A stretch of 64,000 bases of DNA, from the NCBI RefSeq assembly GCF_009914755.1, contig NC_060928.1. One strand, 5' to 3'. Positions 40,399-53,302 of this stretch are shown here, piece by piece. This DNA comes from the human T2T-CHM13v2.0 reference genome, Homo sapiens. Made by a program: the position numbers and the translations under genes. How positions within the stretch are numbered: position 1 is the stretch's first letter; every line of letters begins with the position of its first letter. The notes under the pieces were generated by a model. That model was not told the origin of the DNA and ran no database searches. It saw nothing but the letters and a program-made list of their open reading frames with translations.

Positions 40399-41453
40399 GA
40401 TATAGGTGTAAAGTTTAATTTTTCCTTTTGTTATGTTTTGTTTGCATGTGGGTGTTCAATTGTTCCAACACCATTTATTTTTTCAAAGAAACCAAACCTG
40501 TTCTTTCTCTATTTACTTATTTTGCACCTTTGCCAAAAATCAAATAGTTATACCTATATGGATTTACTTCTTGATTGTTTATCCTGTTCCAAGACTACTC
40601 TAGACTGATGTATGAGTCTGTTTCTTTGCTAATACCACATTTTCTTGATTATTGTGTTTTGTAGTATATCTAAAAGTCAGGTGCTATGAATTCTCTAATT
40701 TTTAAGACTGCTTTAGTCATTTTAATTCATTTGGCCCTCTATATAAATTTTAGAATCAGCTTGTCTACGTCTACGAAGAAAACCCACAAAAATTTCATTA
40801 GAATTTTGCATAAAATTATAATTTAGCCAGAATTAACAACCTTCCTCTGTTTAATATTCTAATCCGTGAGCAAGCCATATCTTTCTATTATTCAGATTTT
40901 CTTTGATTTCCTTCATCAGCATTTTGTAGTTTTCAGCACACAGATATTGCAGTTTGGTTAGGTTTGTTACTATGTATTTCTTCTCTGTAGAGAGTTTTGT
41001 AATTTTTAAAAAAATTTTTGTTATCAAATTGTTCATTGCTAGCGTGCATAATAATGATTGTTTTGTGTTTTGACCTTGTAAACAACAAGGTCTGTGTTCT
41101 GTGTTCTGTAACCCTGCTTGACTTACATATTTATCCTTGGATTTAAAAAATAAATTTCTGGGAATTTTTATGTTGGAAATCATGTCATATGAAAATAAGG
41201 ACAGTTTATTTCTTCCTTCTCACCTCATACATCTTTTATTTTATTGTTTTTCTTGATTTATTGCAATGGCTAGGTTTTCCAGGATGATGTTCAGTAATTT
41301 TGGTGAGAATGAACATTCTTGCCTTTTTTAAGAGGAAAGCTTTTTTAGGAGAGAAGCTTTCATTCTATTACCAGGAAATAAAATGTTAGAATAGATTATT
41401 GTAGAAATTCTTTATCAGGTTGAAGAAGTCACCCTCTATTCCTAGATTGCTGA

Positions 41454-41754
<301 letters not shown>

Positions 41755-41784
41755 TGAAATTCTTTATCAAGAATGGGATACTGA

Positions 41785-43072
41785 ACATATGCAGAATAAT
41801 AAACTTAGACCCTTATATCACCCCATATACATACATCACCTGAAATTACAAAACTACTATAATAAAATATAGAGGAAAAAGCTTCTTAACATTGGTCTTC
41901 GCAAAGATTTCTTGAATATGACCCCAAAAGCACTGACAATAAAAGCAAAAATAAACTGGATTTCATCAAACTAAAAAGGTTCTGTACAGCCAAGAAAACA
42001 ACTAACAGAGTGAAGAGACAACCTACGAAATAAGAGAAGATACGTGCAAACCATACACCTAATGAGAGGATAATATCCAAAATATGTAAGGAAGCCAAAC
42101 AACTCAATAACAAGAAAACAGCATGATTTTTAAATGGGCAAAGGACCCAAATGAACATTTCTCAAAAGACATTGAAAGGGCTAACAGGTTTATGAAACTA
42201 ATCATCAGGAAAATGCAAATCAAAGTCACAATGAAATATCACTTCACATCTATTATAATGCCTTTTATGTTTAAAAAAAGATAGAAGATGTTGGTGAAGA
42301 TGCAGAGAAAAAGGAATTCTTGCACATTGCTGGTGAGAATGTAAATTAGTATAGCAATTATGGAAAACAATATGGAGGTTTTTCAAAAAATTAAAAATAG
42401 AACTACCATATGAACCAGCAATTCCACTTCTGGGTACATATCCAAATGAAATTAAATCAGTATGTGGAAGAGATATCTGCACTCCTGTGTTTATTGCAGC
42501 ATTATTCACAATAGCCAAGATATTTAATAAACTTAAGTGTCCATCAACAGATGAACAAATAAAATGTGGTACATATGCACAATGGAATACTATTCAGCCT
42601 TAAAAAAAGAAGAAAATTCTGTGATTTGTAACAACATGAATGGAACTTGAGGACATTATTCTAAGTAAAATAAGTCCAGCACAGAAAGACAAATACTGCA
42701 TGATCTCACTTATATGCAGAATCTTTAAAAGTTGAATTAAAAGATGTAGAGAGTAGAATGGCAGTTACTAGGGGCTGGCTGGGGACAAAGAGAGTATGGG
42801 AAGATGCTGGTCACAAGGTTTAAAGTTTCAGTTAGACAGCAGAAATAAGTTCTGAAGATCTATTGTATAGCATGGTAACTATAGTTAATAATAATGTACT
42901 GTGTACTTGAGAATTGCTAAGAGAGCAGATTTTAAATTTTCTCACCACAAAAAAAAAGTATTTGAGGTGATGTACATGCTAATTATCTTGATTCAATTAT
43001 TCCAAATGTATACATATATCAAAGCATTATGTTGCACTGCACATATGTACACAATACAACTTTTTAAAAATA
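41785..43072 (+). mobile_element. L1MA-type ORF2 end + 3'UTR
   Basis: aaaaatagaactaccatatgaaccagcaattccacttctgggt..cagaaagacaaatactgcatgatctcacttatatg..gaattgctaagagagcagatttt. Confidence 0.88.
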
Positions 43073-43075
43073 TAA

Positions 43076-43362
43076 GCCAGTGTGGTAGGTCATGCCTATA
43101 ATCCAAGTACTTTGGGAGGCTGAAGCAAGAGGATGGCTTGAGCAAAGCTGTTCAAGACCAGATCTGGCAACATAGTGAGACCCTGTCACTACAAAAAATA
43201 AATAAAAAATTATCCAGGCATGGTGGCACACACTTGTAGTCTCACCTACTCAGGAGGCTGATGTGGGAGGATCACTTGAGCCTGGGAGGTAGAGGCTGCA
43301 GCGCGCTGTAGTCACATCACTGCACTCCAGCCTGGGTGACAGAGCGAGACTGTCTCAAAAAA
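43076..43362 (+). mobile_element. AluJ SINE
   Basis: ggatggcttgagc..ggcaacatagtgagaccctg..ggaggatcacttgagcctgggagg (J diagnostics). Confidence 0.9.
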
Positions 43363-43738
43363 TTTGTATATCTGTATCTATATCAGATATACATCAAATA
43401 TTGTCAAATGCCAATTCAGGATCAATTGATAAAATGTGGGTTTTTCTTCTTAGATTGTCAATATGATGAGTTACACAGATTACTTTTCAATTATTGAACA
43501 AACCTTGCATTATTTGAGTAAATTGCATTTTTCCTTAGTGCTGGTTTCCTGTTTACCTTTTATATAATGCTGTGTTCAATTTCCTGATATTTTACCAGGG
43601 ACTGTGTCTATGTTCATGAGGAATATATTGGTCTTTGGAATTTTTTTTCCTGTATCACCTTTGTTTGAATTTTATTCGTGGTTTCATAAAATAAATTATG
43701 AAATATCTCCTTTATTCCATTTTCTGGAAGAAAGTATG

Positions 43739-43828
43739 TAGCATTAGTGTTATATCTCCTTTAAATATTTAGTAGAATTTAACTAGCATTAGTGTTATAT
43801 CTCCTTTAAACATTTAGTGGAATTTAAC
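43739..43828. repeat. 45-bp tandem duplication (2 copies, 2 mismatches)
   Basis: tagcattagtgttatatctcctttaaa(t/c)atttagt(a/g)gaatttaac x2. Confidence 0.95.
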
Positions 43829-44304
43829 AGTTAAGACACCTAAGCATAAAGATTTCTTTTTCAGAAAGCTTTTTTGGTTAACTTTGAATTCGAGGTTTTA
43901 ATAGCTGTAGGACCATTCATATTATCTATATCATCTTGGGTAAGTATTGGTAATTTGATGTATTTCAAGTAATTTGAATTTCACATAATTTGTCAGATTT
44001 GTTGCATTTATCAATAGTATTAACTTAGTATCCTCTTAGAGCCTGCAAAGTCAGTCATGGTGTCTCTTCTTTTATTCCTGATACTGGAAATTTGTGTCTT
44101 GTCTCTTTTTTCTTTGTAAATCTTGCTAGAGCTTTATAAATTGTATCAATCTTTTAAGGGTATCAGCTTGTGTTTTCCTTGATTATTGTGTTTCTGCTTT
44201 TTATTCATTTGATTTATGTTATTATTTTTACTATTTCTTTCTGTTTCTTTTTTTTCTTGTTTCTAGTTTAAGGTGGGAGCTTAGATTTTTTTTTTTTAGA
44301 ATGT

Positions 44305-44522
44305 TTTTTCCCCCTCTCTTTCTTTTCTTTCCTTTCCTTTCCTTCCTTCTTTCCTCCCTCCCTCCCTTCCTTCCTTCCCCTCTTTCTTTTTCCTTCCTTC
44401 CTTCCTTCCTTCCTTCCTTCCCCTCTTTCTTTTTCCTTTCTTCCTTCCTTCCTTCCTTCCTTCCTTCCTTCCTTCCTTCCTTCCTTCCTTCCTTCCTTCT
44501 TTCTTTCTTTCTTTCTTTCCTT
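44305..44522. repeat. (CCTT)n/(CTTT)n polypyrimidine repeat from an Alu tail
   Basis: ~220 bp of C/T directly abutting the 3' end of a minus-strand Alu. Confidence 0.95.
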
Positions 44523-44786
44523 CAAGTCTCACTTTGTCACCCAGGCTGGAGTGCAGCACAAACATAGCTCACTGCACCCTCCATCTCCCAAGCAATACTC
44601 CAGCTTTGGCCCCCAAGTAGCTGAGAAAACAGGCGCACATAACTATGCCCAGCTAATTTTGTGTTTTTCTTGAGATGGAGTTTAGTCATGTTGCCAAGAC
44701 TGATCTCAAACTTCTGAGCTCTAGCGATCTGCCCAGTGTGGCCTCCCAAAGTGCTGGGATTATAGGCATGAGCCACTGCACCTGAT
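44523..44786 (-). mobile_element. AluJ SINE
   Basis: catagctcactgca..aaacttctgagctctagcgatc..cccaaagtgctgggattataggcatgagcc. Confidence 0.88.
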
Positions 44787-47293
44787 CTCTTCTTTTCTGA
44801 TAGATGTATCTTGTTGTTATAAATTTTAATCCAAACAGTGACTTAGTTGCATCAAAAAAAAATTTATGTATTTTCATTTTTCTTCATTTCAAAATATTTT
44901 CTAATTTCTCTTGAGATTTCTGCTTTGATACATGGGTTATTTCAATACGTGTTATTTAACTTCCAAGGGTCTAGAAATTTTCCTGTTAATTTTCTGATAT
45001 TTGTTTCTTGTTTAATATCCACTGTGGTCAGAGAACATCTTCATATATTCCAAATATTTTAAATTTGTTAATTTTTTTTTATGTTCCAGGACACGTCTTA
45101 TCTTGGTAAAGATTCCAATTGCATGTGGGAAAAAATGTATATTTTGCTGTTGTTTGGGGGAGTGTTCTATAAATGCCAATTAGATCCAGTTGTTCGATAG
45201 TGATACTTTTTTCTTCTATATCCTGCTTGATTTTTTGGTCTACTAGTTATTCTGTTACTGAGAAAATAGTATTGGAGTCTTCAATTATAATTGTATATTA
45301 GTCTATTTACCTTTTAACTTCCATTCCTTTTTGTTTTGTATAACTTAATTACTATTACTAGGTGCATACAGATTGAAGATGGTTTTATCTTATTGATAAT
45401 TTGACTCCTTTAACATTATATACTGACCCTTTTATTCCTGGTAGTTTTTTGGCTATAAAGTCTATATCAGTAATCAATATAGCCACTGCAGATATCTATT
45501 GATTAATGTTTTCAGGTGTTCATTTTTATCATTCTACTATTGACCTAATATTTTTTGATCAAATATATTTGAACACACTATTTTGTAGACAGCATAAATT
45601 TGTTTTGTGGTGGTTTTTTTTCCCTGTCTTTTCCATTGGTGTGTTTAGAACATTTTCATTTAATACAATTATTGAAAGTTTGCATTTAGAGCTACCATTT
45701 TATTATTTGTTTTTGTTCAGTGTATCTCATTTCTGTTCTCCTGTTTTCCCTTTCCTATTTTAGGTTAAGCATTTTTTAGTATTCTGGATTATATGGTAAC
45801 TTTGTGTTTAACTTTTTGAGAAATTACCTACCATATCTTTGCCAACACTTATTATTATTTTTTTCTTACAACCATTCTAGTGTTGTGAAGTGGTAGCTAG
45901 TGATTTAGGTTTATCCATTGTTTTTTATTATATATTTTGTATAGCTTTTAAGCAATTGCACTAGGGCTTATAAGATAGCATGCTAGTTTTGCACAGTCTA
46001 CGTAGAATAAGTATTTCACTACTTTAGGTAGACTATAGATACATTACCACCATATGTGTCTTTTTACCCTCCCTCCACATTAAAACCCCATCACAAAATA
46101 TTATCTCACCTGCAATGTGTGCAGTTGTGATAAAATATACGTACATAAAATTTACCATTTTAACACTTTTCCTTAAGTGTACAGCTCAGTGGCATTAACT
46201 ACATTCACACTGTTGTGCAACCTTCACCACTATCCATCTCCAGAACTTTTTCGTTGTTTCAAACAGAAACTCTGTACCCACTAAACCATAACTCTCCTTT
46301 CCTCCTCACCCCACTGTTCTACTTTTGGCCTCTATGAATTTTACTAATCTAAATACTTCATACAAGTAGAATTATAAAATATTTGTCAGTTTGTACCTAG
46401 CTTATTTTCCTTAGTATAATGTTTTCAAGGTTCATTCTTGTTGTAGTGTGTGGCGGTATATCATTAGGTTTTATGGGTAAATATTATTCCATTGTATACA
46501 TATAAGATATTCTGTTTATTCATTCATCAGTTGATGGATATTTGGGTTGTTTCCACTTTTTAGTTATGAATAGTGATCCTATGAGCATGGGCATACAAGT
46601 TTTTGTGCGAACATATCTTTTAAACTCCCTTGAATATGTTATCTAAGGATAGAATTTCTGGATCATATGATAACTTAACCTTCTGAAGAACTGCCACATC
46701 CTTGGCAACACTTGTTATTATCTGTCCTTTTTATTATAACCAATCTAGTATGTGTGAAATGATACCTCATTGTTGTTTTGATTTAAATTTCCCTCATTAC
46801 TAATAATATTGAGCATCTTTTCAAGTGCCTATTAGTGATTTTTAAATCTTCTTTAGAGAAATGTCTATTTAAATCCTTTGCTCTTTCTTTAATTGCATCA
46901 CTTTTTTATTATTGAGTAGCAAGGGCTCTTTCTATACTGTAGCTGTAAGACTCTTATCAAATATATGATTTGCAAGTTCTCAATGTTTTTGTTGCTTTTA
47001 ATTTGAATATCATATTATAGAATTCTTTAGAAAATCCAAAATCATGAAGATTTTACCTCTATGTTTTCTTCTAAGAACATTCAGTTTTTAGGACTTCGAT
47101 CCATTTTGAGTTAATTTTTGTGTATGGTATGAGGTAAGGGTTTAGCTTCATTCTTTTGCCTGTGGCTATCCAATTGTCCCAGCACAATTTGTGGGGATTA
47201 TTCTTTCCCCATTAATGTTTTAGGACCCTGTGCACAAAATGAGTTGGCCATGGAGATATGGGTTTAGTTCTAGATTCTCAATTCTGTGCATTG

Positions 47294-47661
47294 TGTTATG
47301 GACTGAATTGTGTTTCCTGCCCCCCATATACATGTATTGAAGCCCTAACCCATCTGTATTTGGAGATACAGCCTTTAAGAAGGTAATGAAGATTAAATGA
47401 GGTCATAAAAGTAGGACCTGAACCCAATAGGACGGGTATCCTTAGAACAAGAGAAAGAAACACCACAAGTGCATGCTCACATAGGAGAAGACAGTGAAAA
47501 GGCAGCCATCTGCAACTCAGGAAGAAAGTTCATACCAGAAACCATTCCTGATGACACCTTGATCTTGGACTTTCAGCCTCAAGACCTGTGAGAGAATACA
47601 TTTCTGTTGCTTAAGCCATCCAGTCTGTGATATTCTGCTATGGCACCTAAGCAAATAAATA
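47294..47661 (+). mobile_element. MLT1A/B MaLR solo LTR
   Basis: tgttatggactgaattgtgt..gtatttggagatacagcctttaag..accttgatcttggactttcagcctc. Confidence 0.85.
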
Positions 47662-48213
47662 AAAATGTTTGTCTTGTGCCAGTATCACTCTGTTATTATT
47701 ACAATTGCTTTGTAGTAGGTTTTGAAACCAAGACATATAAGCTCTCCTTATTTATTATTTTCAGGTTTGTTTTGGTATTCTGAGTTCCTTGCAATTTCGC
47801 ATTAAGTTTAGAGTCAGCCATCAATGTCAGCAAAGTCAGCTGGGTTTCCAATAAAAATTATGTTGAATCTGTAGATCAACATATTGCCATTTTAACAATA
47901 TTAAGTCTTACTATCCATGACCATGGTATGTTTTTTCACTTATTTAATCTTCTGTAATTTCTTTTAACAATATTTTGTAGTATTCAGGGTATAAATTTTG
48001 CGTTTATTTTGTTAAATTTGCTCCTGTGGGTATTTTATTCTTTCTGATGCTAATATGAATGAAATTGTTTACTTAACTTATTTTCATATTGTTTATTGTA
48101 AGTGTATAGACATACAAATTATTCTTGCAGAGTGATTTTGTATCCTGCAAAACTGTTTAACTTAGTTATTAGTATAGCCACGCCAGCTTTCTTGTGGTTG
48201 TTGTTTGCTTGAA

Positions 48214-48520
<307 letters not shown>

Positions 48521-49129
48521 TTTGATATTTTTAAATCCTTTTATTTTCAATCTATTTATGTCTTTGAATATAAAGTTTATCCTGAAGACAACATATAGTT
48601 AAAGCATGTTTTTAAATCAAGTCTGATAATCTCTGCTTTTTGATTTAATTGTTTAATTTACCCTGATAAGAAGTTTCTGTTGCATGTATTTCATCCAGTA
48701 TACAATTTATACTTTTCCATTCTTTTGCATGCTCATAATTTGTTGTTAGAAACTGGACATTTTAGATAATATATCATAGTAACTCTGGAAACTGGTACCC
48801 CGCCCCCCTCTAGGATTGCGATTATTATTTTCTTGTTTATTTGTTTAGTGAGTGCTGAGTTATTTTAGTTGAAGTCTATTCCCTGGCTTCCATTCCCTCA
48901 CTTTTCAACATACACATCATGGTAAGCCTCTGATGCTCTCTGATCAGTGAGGCACAGTTCTGGGTATATCTAACAATTATCCTGGGATAGTAGTGGTACT
49001 GGTAAGATTCTCTCCCACCCTTTCGCTGATTACACCTAGCTGTTAAACTCTACTAATTTCTGGCCTATTGCTTAATTGTTTCCAACAGTGCCCTGGAACA
49101 TAATTTTTTCTTTACAAATAAATCCAATT

Positions 49130-49465
<336 letters not shown>

Positions 49466-49953
49466 TTATATGGGAAAGTTTCTGAGATCAGTGTTTGCTA
49501 TTTGTATTAACTCCAAGAGAGCTCCTCTCAGCTATCTTATTTCCCAGTTCTCTCTTACAAACTAGCTGGCCTACAGTCTAGGCTATATCTTCATTTGGTC
49601 CCAAAATTTCCTCTCAATTGCTTTTCACCACAACTTCTACTGTTCTTGAGAGTGCCCTTAAGTTTAAAATTATCTACACTTTGTTTGGAATAAAGTAAGA
49701 TCCCTTGGGAAGAGATAAAGAGTTGCATGCTTTATGGCCTGATTCTCTCCCTAGGCAAAATTTCTGAGCTAGAGCACGGAGTTGGGGGTGGAAACAATGA
49801 CAAGCTTCTCTCTGAGTAATACCCTGGCTCTAATTGCTGAATGCTTGGTGGATGGGGTGAGAGAGGAGTTTGCAGGTCTTTCAGCTTGCCACTCATGGTG
49901 TGGAAACTTTACTTCAAAGGCCAAGGAAAAGGCTCCCAAGGCTCCAGTATTCC

Positions 49954-50658
49954 TGTTAACAGCCCAATTGGTTCATCTTACCCACTGCCCAGAAAAGCCA
50001 ATTCCCTGAAAATAGCAGATACTGCAGCAAAGAAAGAGTTTAAGTATTGAAAGCTCGGAGGCTAAGGATAATTTGGCAGGCAGGGGGTTAGGGACTAGGT
50101 CCTGCTGATTGGTTCAGGATGAAATCATAGGTGTATCCAAAATGTTCTTCATGTGCTGAGTCAGTTTCAGGGTAGGGGGTCACAGGATTGGTTAAGTCAG
50201 TTCTCTGGTATGAGTCACAGATCCAGGTGGCATCAACTGGTCAGCCAAAGTGCAAAAGTCTGAAAAATACCTCAAAGACCAATATTGGGTTTTGACAATA
50301 CCGTTGGTATCTATAAGAGCAATTAAAGAACTTACAAATCTTGTCATCTTCGGAACTGTGGCTGGTTATCATTTAACTACATCTACATCTTACCAGAATT
50401 CATTCCCCACTCATAATCCTAAGCTTCTGGCCTTTCATTAGTCCTACAAAGGTGGTTTCAGTCCCCAGAGGGGGTCAGTTTTTGGGGGAGACTATTATCC
50501 TTTATTTAAAGTTAAACTATAAGCTAAATTCCTTCCACAATTAGCTTCGCCTACACCCAGGAATGAGCAAACACAGTTAGCTTGTTAAGTTAGAAGTATG
50601 GCAGTGTCAGCTAGGTTACATTTCTCTCACTGTCATAATTTTTGCAAAGGTAGTTTCA
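49954..50658 (-). mobile_element. MER4-group ERV1 solo LTR (LTR8/MER4-like)
   Basis: Minus strand begins tgaaactacctttgcaaaaattatgacagtgagagaaat; TG..CA ends. Confidence 0.8.
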
Positions 50659-51371
50659 TTCTCAATGCACCACACCCAAGGTAGAACTTCCTTTTTACAA
50701 GAAAGTGTTGGGTGGGAGAAGGAAGCTTCCTCCTCCCAGTTGTATTCACCTAAGACTTAGCCTTAGCAACAGACAGCTACGGGCAGGACCAAAAAAGCTC
50801 AAGTTATGTCCTATTGCAATGAAAGCCCTGCAGCTGACACCTAAGGAATATAAAGAGTCATATTCTTGGCTGCAGCGTCTGGAGTAGAGTCTCTGCCTCA
50901 CTGAGCTGGGAGGGGCAAGGAAAGTAGTAGTTTCAGTTCAAATGTCACAGACTCACCTCTCTTGACAGATATTCATAATTTCCTCTAATAGGTATTTCTT
51001 TATTTACCATTTGCCCTTAGGACCATTTCCAGAGAATTTAAGTGGTTGTTTCTTTACACACAATTTTCACCAGTTTCACTGAGGAGTGGCTCAGCAGAGT
51101 TTCCCACACTGCCATTCTAGAAGTCACTCTATTTCACTTGTATTTATTGTTCAGCTATATATGTTACTTACAAGACTCTTCTTTGCTTTCCACTCCTAAT
51201 TTTCTGTTTTCCTATAGCTAACTCTGTCTCTCTCCTTTGAAACACTGACTTCCAACTTTATATCAGTCCTCTCAAGTTTTCAAACTCTTAGTTTCTATGA
51301 GATTTAGAAATCGGGCTTTTGTTTGTGCTGATGTTTACAGTGAATATTCAAGACTCTGATATTGGCTATAA

Positions 51372-51668
<297 letters not shown>

Positions 51669-52274
51669 TTGAGTATAATTTTAATCTAAGGCTTCAGGAA
51701 AGAGAGCATGCTTCTCCACCACTGTCCTCTTCCATTTTTTTGTCTGTGGGTTAGTTCAGGTTCAGGAGGAAGAGACAGGGATGGCAAAGTTGGAAAGAGA
51801 AAATGTTACTTCATTCTAAAATCTACACAGTTTGTGAATTCAAGGGAAGCCATTAGTAGGAGTTCCTATTGCTGTGCAGCTGATTTGTTTTGAGGTAGTC
51901 ACCCTTTGTTGAAGCCTGGCTGGCTTCCTTGAAAACAATCAGCAAGTGACTAACCAGGCATAGTAAGACTGGTGCTGACACAGGAAACCACCAAATGATG
52001 AGAGACCTGGGGATGCCCAAAGGAAGTCAATAAAAGCATACTCTCAAATTCTTCCAGATTTTGGCTTGCAAAGCCTCCCAAGACTTCTGGAAATCCTTCC
52101 TAAATGCTACTAGGAATGTTCCAGCCAAAGGGCTCTGAGAAATGATTCTTTAAAATCTTGGATGCTTAAGTTTACAAAACCCAGTAAGTTTTTACTTCCA
52201 GTTGAAACTGTGCATGAAAAAGATGTTTTCAGAAAGAGTTCTCAGATAATTCTATTTGTGAATAATAGTAGTAA

Positions 52275-52660
52275 TGTAATGGTTATTCTCCATTTGTCTC
52301 TCCAAAATCCATTCTCTGTCCTCTCCTGGCTCTATATTGCCAGAGGCTGACTCATGCAGATTCGTTAGCATGCTCCAGAACCTTGCTGGTTAGTTAGCTT
52401 CCGGTTGAGTTAGGCCATTGGAAGGCATTAACATGAAATTGGAGCATGTGAGAAAAGAAAAGATGAGTTATTTCTTCCCTGTCCTCTCCTTGCTACACCA
52501 TTGTCTCTGTGTCAGTAGCTGTTTCTGTAGGTCTCACACTGGGCCCTTCTTCCAAGGTTCTGGTCCTTAGCAGACTGTAGAAACACTAATTCCTCTCCTA
52601 AAATCTTCTTGTTATGCTGGTTTCTGTGTCCCTCACTCTCTCGTTTGTTCTCATCACCTG
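52275..52660 (+). mobile_element. LTR33-like ERVL LTR fragment
   Basis: ccattctctgtcc..gaggctgac..gcttccggttgagttaggccattggaaggca..ttatttcttccctg. Confidence 0.55.
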
Positions 52661-52671
52661 GTCCACATCTT

Positions 52672-52870
52672 TGTAGCACTCCCTTACCTGAGGATGGGGC
52701 AATTATTTCCAAGACCACCAGTGGATGGCTAAAATCACAGATAATACCAAATGCTGTATATACTATGTTTTCTCTGATACATACATACCTCTGAAAATAA
52801 TTGATTTATAAATTAGACACTGCAAGAGATGAACAATAAGATAAAATAGAACACATATAACAATATACTG
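52672..52870 (+). mobile_element. MER44 (Tigger7) left part, split by HERV-L
   Basis: tatatactatgtttt..atacatacatacct..ttataaattag..ataacaatatactg. Confidence 0.8.
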
Positions 52871-53302
52871 TGCACTCCCCTATATATACACATGTACATA
52901 TATTATATATATACATATAAAGGGGAATTTGTTAAGTATTAACTTACACAATCACAAGGTGTCACAATAGGCTGTCTGCAAGCTGAGGAGCCAGGAGAGC
53001 TAGTCCAAGTCCCAAAACTGAAGAATTTTGAGTCTGATGATAGAGGGCAGGAACCATCCAGCATGGGAGAAAGATGTAGGCTGGGAGGCTGGGCCAGTCT
53101 CTCCTTTTCACATTTTTCTGCTTCCTTTATATTTGCTGGCAGCTGATTAGATTGTGCCCACCAGATTAAGGGTGGATCTGCTTTCCCCAGCCCACTGACT
53201 CAAATGTTAATCTCTACTGGCAACACCCTCACAGACACACCCAGGATCAATACTTTGTATCCTTCAATCCAGTCAAGTTGACACTCAGTATTAACTATCA
53301 CA
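52871..53302 (-). mobile_element. MLT2A1-type 3' LTR
   Basis: ggcagctgattagattgtgcccaccagattaagggtgg..caagttgacactcagtattaactatcaca; PPT (rc of actccacccc) adjacent. Confidence 0.92.

Noticed and set aside
44268-44567. K/E/R/G-rich and F/L/P/S-rich ORFs
   Set aside because: Translations of the (CCTT)n repeat.
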